Below are positions 53,515-64,000 of a DNA stretch of 64,000 nt, one piece after another. The notes under the pieces were generated by a model that worked only from the letters and a program-made list of their open reading frames with translations, had not been told where the DNA came from and searched no databases. Made by a program: the position numbers and the translations under genes. The stretch comes from Kudoa neothunni (lineage: Eukaryota > Animalia > Cnidaria): NCBI GenBank assembly GCA_964304625.1, contig OZ199838.1, positions 6,304,144 to 6,368,143 of the forward strand, given 5' to 3'. Position 1 is the stretch's first letter, and the number at the start of each line of letters is the position of its first letter.

Positions 53515-53865
53515 TTATTTTTTCGCAAGCTCATTCCTATTCAACTTTTAAAAAAAGTCATTGAAACATTACATTTACTCAAGGATCTGTAAAAACTCGT
53601 CTGCTGTGCAGTTTTCCCAACAATCCTCCCAAACATTATCTTTTGTGGATGAGTAAGCACGTTTGAGCTTTGTTAGTTCATCGTTTGAGACATCTAAATG
53701 CAAAAAAATCATTCAATTTAAGTCAACCAATAATCCACAATTGCCTCGACAAGGAAAGTCCTCAAAATCGTCTTGTTCCAAAGGTAACAATTGGAGGAGA
53801 CAATTGTAATATTCTGAGGAAGTAACGTTTTGGGGTAACTTAAACTCTTTGCTCTCTGTCACCAT
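53515..53865 (-). CDS. sem1: SEM1/DSS1 (proteasome lid subunit and BRCA2 partner), 3 exons, about 85 aa
   Basis: MVTESKEF..LLPLEQDDFEDFPCR|DVSNDEL..DNVWEDCWENCTADEFLQILE|NELAKK* matches the DSS1 motifs LEEDDEFEEFP and VWEDNWDD..DDF..L..EL. Introns about 53694-53744 and 53537-53578. Confidence 0.82.
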
Positions 53866-55383
53866 TTGTTAAAGGATGCGTGCGCGTCCATTAAGGATTT
53901 CCATGTACTTGGTCTACCTTTCCATCTTTTTAAAATAAAATTTTCATCGCATCCACATTATATGAGAATGAGTTTTATAAACTAATCTGACAAACTAATT
54001 CAAATTCATTCATTGCATAAATTAATTGATAGTGCCATTTTTAATCCTTTAAGCGTCCGTAACTTTAAAATATCGAAAAAAATTTTCAGAGTATGTTTTA
54101 AAATCAATGTAAGATAATAAAAGATTTAGAGATTAATCTTTTATATCTATTTTTTGTGAGATATTCGAATTACACAATAAATTGAGAAATATGTCGAGAT
54201 GTGCCAATGTCCCTAAAAAATATTAAGAAATTATCTGCAGAACTGAAAATTTATCAGATTTTATATTAAAATATTTTAATGATTTTTCGTTAAAATCGTA
54301 AAATTCCGCAATATTTTTCCCAAACCTTAGAATTTGATCAATTTTCAAACACTAATAAGGGCACTACAATTAGTTAAGATTTAAAATTAAAATACATCTA
54401 CTCATTTGTGTCACTGTTGAGATTAAATGGCCATTTTTACAACAATGAGAGAATATTTTTGGGATAGCATCACGAAATGTTTAAAGGAGAGTGAATCGTA
54501 GTATTGTAGATAAGATCTAGGTGGCACTAGTTTTGACTATATTTAATTATTTCTGGTACCTAAGAACAAAATTGTGGGTCAGAAATAATTAAATACATTA
54601 AACCAATATTTCTCAATGTGGGGTGTGACAAAATTTTGGTGAGATATAAAAATTTTTGAACGTTTAATGAAGCGCTCTGACGCGGAAATCGTAAGTATTC
54701 GTGCGGCATGGATAATGGTGAGACAGTAGGGCAGTATAACATACTTTGAAATTTATATCGCGATTTTGGGGCTAAAGTTTACTTTAGATCCATTTGATCC
54801 GGATTAATTTTCGTATACAAACCAAGATAAATCAGCATAAGAGAGATTAAACTTTTTAAATATGATTTACTGCATTTATGGTTTTTGCGAAGATTTGATC
54901 GCTAATTTTTTAAGTATATATTTAAAAAGGTAGTTAGGCGTCAGACGAGGTTTCTTAATTCGAATACAGCAACATTTTCATTTGCGAGCGCCCAGGATGG
55001 CTTCAATATGATTCGCCTTTACAACGCCTCTGCTCACAAATTCTTGGCTATGATTTACAACACAGTGCAAATATTCATTTTATCCAGCCGTCTGTATCAA
55101 TTCAGACAATCTGACCAAATAATGGAACTTCTCCCGACCCAACGAATTATAATACCTGTAAATGTTTCCTCATTTCACACTGTGTGGTCTCCCTAAATAC
55201 ATTTCTACGTTCCAATACCCCACCAACAATCAAATAATCTTGATTCGACAAAATCATCCCAACATTATATTTCCTCCTGCAAAGTAAGGATTTGTCTATC
55301 GGGGTGACTACTCAAATTCCTTAGATTTTGTTTGAATTCTTTACAACTTAGTTGGAATGGACATACCGGATGAAACATTAATA

Positions 55384-57259
55384 CAGTCGAGATTCGATAT
55401 TGCGTAATTTTTGGGGCCAAGGAAAAATTACGCAATAAAAAGGTTTTACGCAATATCGAGTCACGCACACGCGCACTTGTAAAAATATTCGATTTAAACT
55501 TGTTTTGTGCGTTTATCCTACTTTAAATCATTGCTAGTGAAATAAAATAAATATAAGGAATTTTATCTAAATTAACCAGACAAAATTATTATGAAAAAAT
55601 GAAGTAATTTTAGTTTGGTGCCATCTTTGAGATGATATTTTTAAAATTCGATCCATTATCGGATGAAGATCGATGAGTCCAGATGGATCTTCCTGAATAA
55701 ACACCTTCCTTAATGTACTTACGGCATGCTTTATATCTTTTGCTGGAACTTTTGGTTCTTCCTCATCAGATTTGATTTCATTCTTAATTGGATTCACTGT
55801 TGATATTAAGACATCGCCGTTATATTCTTCACAAGTAGGTAAGTTATCATCATCAAAGTTGGTCTCCCATGTTTCCTCCTCGACTATAAAAATATTAAAA
55901 TTTTATTGAATATTTATACTCTGTTCATCTTCGAAAATTTTATTATTTGTTTCCGTCTCTGTATCTCCTATGATAATGGATTAATTTTTGAAGTTCGCAT
56001 TAGCTTTTACTTTCGCTAAATATGCCCGACTTTTTAAAACAGTTGACAATAATTTCAGGTGGAATACTGTTTCATGCTTCTTGGAGTGTCAAAATTGCAT
56101 TAAGTAATGTAAATTTATTATTTAACGAATCATCACATAATGCCATATGGCTACACAATATTTTTTTATATCTACTTTTAAGACAATTAATCACTCCGAG
56201 ATCGAGTGGCTGTAAAACACTTGTAGAATTTTTCGTTGTTCTGACTCCATTTTAAAATTTAATTTTTTCATTATCTAGACAAAAAATAGCAGAGGTCATC
56301 CGAGAATTTTTTTGGGCATAATACTCATAAGGTAAATTTTTCACCCCCTTGAAGCACCTGGGGTTTTGGTATTTCCCAATTACGACTAAGGGCAACTTTT
56401 CTCCGCTTAAAGAGCACGATGCCAAAATCGTTATTCTTTTTTTCGATAGCTTTTTAACTTTAATGTCATTTTCTTCTTTTAATACATAACTACTGTTCTG
56501 TAATTGCTCATAAAACGAACCAGTTTCGTCAATATTGATTATATTTTTTGGGCTATATATGCTTATCAAATTTTTATTTTCATAGATCCACGAATCAATA
56601 AACGCGACGTTAGCGCTCGCAGCTTCACCATGAAAATACTTGAAAATGATTCCAAACCTTTTTTTAAACCCCGCTAGCCAACCCCTGCTTGCTTTAAAAT
56701 TTTGAACTACATTCTTTCTGAAAATTATGGTGGCAATTTCAAGTATTACGTCACCAAAAATAATGTGACCATTGGTGCGTTTTTTGATAAACCATTCATA
56801 AACTTCTTCGCCTATGTTGATAAATCTTCCATTTGAATGCCTCTTCCTATTTCCTGCAACATCTGAATTTTTCAGCTTGGTTTCATGAGAAAGAATTCTG
56901 TCAAGCGTTGAATGTCCTTTAAGAAATAAATTATCGATTAAAAATAATCATACCACTAAGTTTAAACTTTTCAACCGTCATTTTCTTTGCGCCCTTTATT
57001 GATTTTATTGAATTGTAATATTGTATTATTCTAATTTTCTCAGAAATTTCACGCTGCTCCCTGGACATACTGAAGATGAAATCACGCAATACTAAATCAG
57101 AGGCACATAGAACAAATATTTTTTTATTTTTATTCTATATTATTAATTTAATAAATAAAGTAATGATATAACTCTAAAATTAAGTCCCAATGTAAATATC
57201 TTCATATCGAAAATCTTAAATTACGCAATACCGAATCACGCACTATCCAATCTCGACTG
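55384..57259 (-). mobile_element. Tigger/pogo DNA transposon
   Basis: Ends TA|CAGTCGAGATTCGATATTGCGT and ACGCACTATCCAATCTCGACTG|TA. Confidence 0.88.
55567..57068 (-). pseudogene. TIGD4/6-like transposase with two small introns, internally disrupted
   Basis: HTH KFKLSG|HSTLDRIL, CENPB-type FKASRGWLAGFKKRF, HGEAAS, NIDETG, SKKRIT, GEKLPLVVIGKYQNPRCFK, VLQPLDLGVI, C-terminal QTKITSFF. Confidence 0.85.
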
Positions 57260-57802
57260 TATTCGACTATGGTTTTTCACGAGTTCCATCTCATCGAAAG
57301 TAAACTTTTGTGAGGATACATCGCGCGAATACAAGAATATGACCTTTAAAAATTTTTATACCTTCAGATGACCTCGTTTAAAGGAACTACCAATCCTAGA
57401 AGATTTTGTTTTAATATTTTGAGAAATAATGTTTATATCCAACACTCAGCTGACTTTTTGAAAGAGACAGGTGCATTACAAATATGTGGGTTACTGTCTA
57501 GAAGCCCCAGCTTTCTCCTTACTTGTATGTTATAATGATCATCGTATTTTAATAGATCTTTAAAATGAAGTTCTATTGTTTCAGCGTCAATAAACTCGGC
57601 AGATGGAACAGAAATAGTCAACTTTAATATGCTTTTTTATTAGAGTTTTAAACCTCGCGCCTACGAAAATAAATCTGGATTAAATTGATCTAAAGTAAAC
57701 ATTGACTCGATTTTTGATATCGCTTATTTTTGAGTGATGGTAAATATCACAAAAATACAAAACGCAACGACTAATTATATAAACAGTAATAATAATCTTT
57801 AA

Positions 57803-59059
57803 CCCTCCCGGGACTGCGCGGGGCCATTGGTAACCCCATTTTTGGTAAATGTTTGTTTTTATCTACTTAAACTTTTCATTTTAATTTTTTGGTTTATGTA
57901 ATCTTAGATTAACGTGTATTGTTTAGAAATACAAAATTTCAGATAAATTATAGTATTCTACGGTTCAAAAATTTTGTTTAATGTTACGTATCACTCATAT
58001 ATGTTATTTAGAACTATTTTATACGGTTGTATCAAGTGTGTTTAATTTATATGATAAGAAAAATTGCCATTTCAATATATATTATCATGACCAAACTGAG
58101 GAATATTGTAATTTGTAACCATTCTTGTTATCTGTTATAAGATTCCGAAGATGGAATAGGATTAAAGAGATTAATCCCTTTTTATTATCGTCCAGGTTAT
58201 TGCGCGTTGAAAACCGAACGGGTTGTCTGATGTGCATTTAAAATATTTTATAATATTTATTTTTTCAATAAATTAAATTCAAATTGTAGTAAATTAAAAG
58301 GTGACCATATTTTACTAAAAATTAATAGTTTAGTCATTTAATTAATAGATTAAAACTTAGTCACATTATTTCTGTCATGATATCGTCAGATTTGAAACGA
58401 TTCCCTATTCCATAAAATTAACAAGTGAACATTTATGTTATTTGTTGTATTTTTTTTAATTTTTTTAATTTTTAGTAAAATGAAACTAGACCATTTCCTT
58501 ATTACTATAGAAACGATTAAAACCAAGTTGAAAGAAATAAGCTTTGAATCATACTTATATCTTGATTAAAACTAATTTCATTCATAAAAAATAAATTCAT
58601 CCTTACTTATTTAGAATTAACATTATTGTTTATTTTTCAATATGTGTTGTAAACACATCTTTTGTTAATCAATGATGGATTACGTAACATCACCGGAGTT
58701 ACCTCCTGTTAGTGACATGGCGGGGCGGCCTGATATTGATATTAAAAGTGGCATAGAAGTTTCTATTTTGTTACATTCAATTAAACCGAAACCTAAATAG
58801 TTATACCTATTACATCTATCGTTTGAAGTTTTGTTTGGATAAGTTTAATTGGTAATGCCTCCCGATATCGTTACGATATTTTAAACGAATTCTTTCGTCG
58901 CTTTGATATTTTACGCATATATTTCAATTTTAAAAAGATTAATTAATTTATATACCAAAAGTTCGAATCATACTCAATCATTATAATAGAAAACGACTGG
59001 GGTCGCTGACCGACCCCATGGGAACACGCGTAAGTTTTTCGAGCGCGGTCCTTTGAGGG
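57803..59059. mobile_element. Non-autonomous piggyBac element
   Basis: Ends TTAA|CCCTCCCGGGACTGCGC and GCGCGGTCCTTTGAGGG|TTAA. Subterminal GGGG..ACCCC palindromes; no ORF. Confidence 0.78.
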
Positions 59060-60346
59060 TTAACGTGTCTTTCACCCAAATTGATCAGACCGGTTTGAAT
59101 CTCAATTATGTCTCATTAAGAATCATATATCCCCCCTCCGTTGGTTATACCGAATATAATATACATGACAGTCTTTCCTAATGAAGGTTGGATTACCAAG
59201 AGTTTCACTTGATGCTGTTTTCGACGGATTGAGGAAGTAAAGATGCTAATTTTTAAGGTTCGCCGATATATTAAGTTAGATCTGATCGAAAACCTTTTAA
59301 TTTTAATGAGAGATGAAATATGTATTACAGTCAGTAATCGATTTTGCACACTTTTCCCCAGACACTCTGTTGGTCAATGTAGCATTATTCGCAAAAAAAT
59401 TAGAAATTTAGCGATAAGCAAAAATAAAAATACAAAATAACAAAATACTTCGAAAATCTTCTATAAATAACCGTTAAGATAGTTACTGTGAGACATTTCA
59501 ACATATCAAATATAGCAGTTCTAAATGGCCTCCTCGAAAAAAGAACTAAATTTTCTCTTTAATTCAAAAAAGTTTAGATCGTTTCGGATCATCGTTAGAA
59601 TTGGAAATTGATTTGTATGTGTCAAAATATGACACAAACCTAAATTAGTGATTTTTTCAAAAATTGAAATTATCACTTTATTTTTGTTCTATTGTAGAAT
59701 TTATATTCGTTTATACTATTTCGACCAAAAAATATCAATTTTTCTTCTAAAATCCCCCAAAAGTGGATATATCATTATTATGTGTGTGCGCGGAAAAGTA
59801 TGTAAAATCGGTTCTGGATAGATTTTACACATTTTTTTCGTGGTCCCGGAGGTATTGTGCAAAATCGATTACATACTATATTTGCTTTCAAATGTTAATG
59901 TGGTAGGGAGCTTTTTTCCGTGTTATAAACAGTTTAAGTTGGAAAATCGATACTTTTGAATGGGATGGGGTATGGAACTTTTTTTCAAGGAAAGGTGGGG
60001 CGCGATAAAAAGAACGTTGGAAAACACTGCAATAAACTCTTGATATTTTGTAACTCGGTATTGCGTAATTCATTATATTTTAGTTTATTTTTTTTATATT
60101 TTTATCTTGATAAAGAAAAAAATAATAATATATGAAATCAAACCCCCACTTTTTATGGTATAATTTTATACAAGATGTAAAAAAGTAAAAGAAAAGCAAA
60201 AATAAATGTTATTGCTATTGCGTAACTAAAATTTTTGAATTTAATCTTCAAAATGTTTTGAAATAAAACCCGAAAATGACTCGTTCCCAAAGAAATATTA
60301 AATATAAAACCAGAATAAACAAACATTATAAATCATAATGTAAAGG

Positions 60347-60417
60347 GTAGGCGCGGATAGGGCTCGAACCTTCGTGTCATAGCTTAAAGGCGGTGGTGCC
60401 ATACTGCTCTGCTGCAG
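60347..60417 (-). other. Possible tRNA-derived (SINE or pseudo-tRNA) fragment
   Basis: The minus strand has a B-box GGTTCGAGCC and a weak A-box. No convincing cloverleaf. Confidence 0.25.
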
Positions 60418-61422
60418 ATTGCGTATATGTTAACTCTGGTTACAATCCTTATGATTAGGGATGACGGTTTCCGATATTTATTTTTAAAAATTTCGACGAC
60501 TAAAATCGACGCTACTTTAGTTGGTCCCAGGAGCGCGCGCACATTTTTGAACATTTTAAATTTAAAAATTTTGGAATAAGATCCGCCAAAAAACCTTTCT
60601 TATCCAATAGCGATAGCGGAACACACCGAGAACAATAACAGAAACCTAATTTTCCTCAATTTTGCCATTTTTTCTATTTAAAAAAATAACTGATAGGGAA
60701 GTGCCTTGGAATGATTTTTTAACGAAATATAATTCGTTGACTCTATTTTCTTATCAAGTCTATTTTGTTGTAGAAATAATTTCACTTTGCAATATTTTCA
60801 GGCTAATTCATTTCCCGACTTCTCTATGTCAATCCATTCAACAAGGAAACTATCAAATTCCCTTAGGTTACTATTAATTTCAAGCTATTTGGGAGATTTC
60901 AACTTTTTTCATAATATAAACGTTAAACCAATTTTTTTAAAATTTCTATGATTAAAATAGATTATGATCGAAAATTGCGATCCCTGCGTATAATCGATCA
61001 TTATACAATATAGTCAAAGAATCTAGGAAACTCCACAAAATTAACGAAGATTTTTTAAAAATAACTGTTTGCGCATGTGCGTGTTTTAGTATTGCGTGAT
61101 TTCTTGCTATTGTGTAACTATTCTTTTGTCCCAGAAATTTATGCAATGTCGAGAGTTTGTTGTATAACCGATTTTATAAATTTAAATCTGTAACCAACTT
61201 GCGAGTAAGAGTTTCTGAGATTAAAAATTAATAGTGCGCGTGCGTGAATGCCATTTAAGATTAAAAATAACCGTGTCAATAGACAACGCCATAAAAAAAA
61301 TATATATATATATTTTAAGAGTAATATATAGTTATTGAAAAAAATGTTTCATATATTCCAGTTTATATATTGAAACGAGTTAACACGCAAATATATAAAC
61401 ACAACTATTCAATAGGTATTAT

Positions 61423-63734
61423 TTATAATGAAGTTTTCAAAAATAGTATTTTCCATACCAGCATTCCCAATCGAATGTATATTTCCATATATCCAATCCC
61501 AGCAATTATTACACATATGAAAATACATTGGTTTAAGGTTAGATGAGTAACAGTTTTCGATCGGATTTGGGTATAATTGCCAAAAAGTACTCTATCGGTG
61601 TGGTGGGTTTCGTTCCTGCAGAAAATGGGTTTGATAAAGTTGCACTTAATATAAAATATAAGAATTCCTTAATCAAGTCAAAACAATAATATTTACTGGA
61701 CAATTACAAAAACTCGCACAATAACATGATTCAATCTGACTAAGATTAAAAAAATGCCAATCGATTATTTCCCCCTTTGAATTTTTCAACATAACTATGC
61801 AAAGGAATTTAGAAATTTTAATTTTAAGAAAGACAACCACGTTACTAGGGCAATTATTTTTTTTTGCTTCGATCTTGGGAAGAATTTCAAGTGTGTAAAC
61901 TTTTATGCTTTTGGGAAAGATTTTATGTGTCTGTTCATTTTTAGAAAATTCGTATAACGATAGGCACTTTCCTAATGAAACCTAAATAAAAATAATATAT
62001 CGGTTTAAAAAAAAGGTTGTGTTACGGTGAAAACTGCTTCAATGAGGCCATAATTTATCACAGTGACTACAATCACACGACCTTTAGAAGTGGTGTTTGT
62101 GGTGGCAGCAATTATTTTGGCTTCCGATCTAAATTATTATTTTAAAGGGTGAAAATGAATAAACACTTTGGATACATATTATATGTAACAGAAGTGAGTG
62201 ATCCCTCCACAATAATAGTAATTAAACTAGATGAAGAATAGCTTTTGGTTATTTTTAATTGAGGGGTTTTGTGATGAACCAACTCGCAACTTCCATATCT
62301 ACTGCATAAGTAGATGGGTTTATATCCTGCAGAGATACGTTTCTTAGTAAAAGTTCAAAAATTGTTTGGCATCATCTCACTCATACTGTATCTTCCTTAA
62401 TAAGATCTTTGGGTTGGTTCAGTAGGCAGCTAATAACGATTAACGTTAATTGGAGTATTAATAGAGTTAAAAATATACGATCCAGCTTTATTATAACAAC
62501 TATAACCATCTAAACCCTGATTTCTAAAAGCAGAATAGCCTGTGCCAATTTTATTGCATTCAGTCCCTAGCATCGATACCAAGTGGTTGGGTACTATCAG
62601 CATCTAGTAGGTTATTAAAATGTAGAATCTTAGAAAAAATAACTTTATTATTATGCCCATTGAGTGGAACAAGAAAAACATGACTACTGAGATTAGGTAT
62701 TTGTTCTTGAAATTCAAATTCTCCTGAATATAGAACTGACAGCTTTAAACATGTTAAATTTTGGAATCTATCACAACAACGATTTACTTTGTTACTCCGG
62801 TAGATATTATTGTGTGAGCCAACATGTACAATAATTGGTTTGCTCATATCATTTTTTGTTTTATCTATGGCTATCTTTATTGATATATTGGTGTATATTT
62901 TGTATGTGAATATCTCATACACATCGTACCTTAATAGAAGATTTGCGGTGTCAAGGAAAACCTACTGTATTCACAAGTTACCATAAATCTACAAATCGTA
63001 AACAATGAGCAGAAGCTGAATTTTTATTCGCGAGCGAACAATCGATATCACCTCTTGTAAAAACCGTCTTATTGAAGAAATATTTGTCAAATTTCTCTTT
63101 TCCAGTGCACGAACAACAAAACCCCTTTCACAACAATAAGCTTTAAAGAATCAATAAAACATTTCATCTACTTGACTGTCCCATATTGGTTGTGACTGTG
63201 CGTCTTTTTGATCTTCTGTAACAACGTTACTGTATGCATATCCACATGTAACATGTGGATCCATCCATTCGTCTCTACACGAAAAAAAGTTCTCATTTTG
63301 ATACCATTCCCCTAATTTGATAATTTCTTCGTATGGATGATGATTAACTTGAATCTATTAAATAATATTTTCTATTAAATTCACTAAGATATACTTTTGA
63401 TTTCATTAATTCGTATCTCAGTTGCGGGAGTTGTTTGACGATATCTAATTTAAGAGGGTAATCCAATGGAACTAGTTGGCCATGTTTGTTGTGAACTTTT
63501 GTGACTTTAAATGCCAATTCTGACTATGATTTAGTTAATATATTTGTTTTTTAATTATTAAGATACTTTTTGTACAAGTTCCTCAATCGATAATGTTAAA
63601 TACACCTGAGATCGACATTCAATGGGTTGGTTACTTTCGGGGCAGGATGACACTATAGAATGAGATAATACTTTTTGAGCACCAGTTCCCCAGATGTGAA
63701 CAAACGTAAAAGTCAATGTTATTAATGAATTCAT
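61423..63734 (-). CDS. hap2: HAP2/GCS1 class II gamete fusion protein (fusexin), 13 exons, 585 aa
   Basis: Exons (minus strand): 63567-63734, 63395-63523, 63172-63354, 62982-63124, 62788-62929, 62644-62742, 62479-62603, 62387-62429, 62176-62342, 62026-62128, 61846-61981, 61697-61794, 61423-61644, totalling 1758 nt with an open frame. All 12 introns are GT-AG, 40-52 nt. Motifs: signal peptide, HPYEE, C.D......TCG, IWDSQ|GFCCSC, TRGDIDC, SAHCLRF..LWY, GTECNKIGTGYSAFRNQ, C....GSCLLNQ, and a C-terminal TM segment. Confidence 0.93.
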
Positions 63735-64000
63735 TTTTTATATCTTACAAAAAATCGTTTATAATTTAACATTGTATCAACTATTATAAAATGTATCTTA
63801 TCAAACACCCCAAAGTAGCTAATTTATTGTTACAATTTTTGTTTCACATTATTTGCTATTTAACAATTTTTGTTTTGTCAATTTACTAAATAAAAGGTAA
63901 TTAAATGTTACAAATAATTGGTTTCTTAATTAAAACTTTTAATTGGCCAAATAAATATTAAGTTTCGAATAATATTTACTTTAATATTTGTTATGGTCAT

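Larger units (their letters stand above)
54770..57707. mobile_element. Old Merlin-related non-autonomous element hosting a Tigger insertion
   Basis: Imperfect TIRs GGCTAAAGTTTACTTTAGATCCATTTGATCCGGATTAATTTTCGTA and (reverse complement) AGTCAATGTTTACTTTAGATCAATTTAATCCAGATTTATTTTCGTA. 9-bp flanks CGATTTTGG and CGATTTTTG. The terminus resembles the Merlin TIR at 39353. Confidence 0.65.

Noticed and set aside
63240-63260. Palindrome ATCCACATGT-A-ACATGTGGAT
   Set aside because: It lies in a HAP2 exon encoding DPHVTCG. A single occurrence, likely chance.

Overview
AT-rich eukaryotic nuclear DNA, very likely from an animal (TPR-containing UNC-45, Ral, FoxJ1-like). Proteins are divergent and introns are mostly about 36-75 nt GT-AG, which fits a compact parasitic genome such as a myxozoan cnidarian; that is inference, and the organism cannot be identified from sequence alone. 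Host genes reconstructed by hand: eIF3d, a FoxJ1-like forkhead factor, a UPF1-like SF1 helicase lacking the CH domain, UNC-45, Ral, SEM1/DSS1, and a complete 13-exon HAP2/GCS1 gamete fusogen (61423-63734, minus strand) that the ORF track almost entirely misses. Between the genes lie many nested transposons: piggyBac, pogo/Tigger, Merlin, MULE, hAT and Tc1-type MITEs, and Helitron-like elements. There is also a young 3.2-kb Ty3/Gypsy element with 117-bp LTRs whose single 1004-aa ORF keeps Gag, protease, RNase H and integrase but has lost the reverse transcriptase core by an in-frame deletion.
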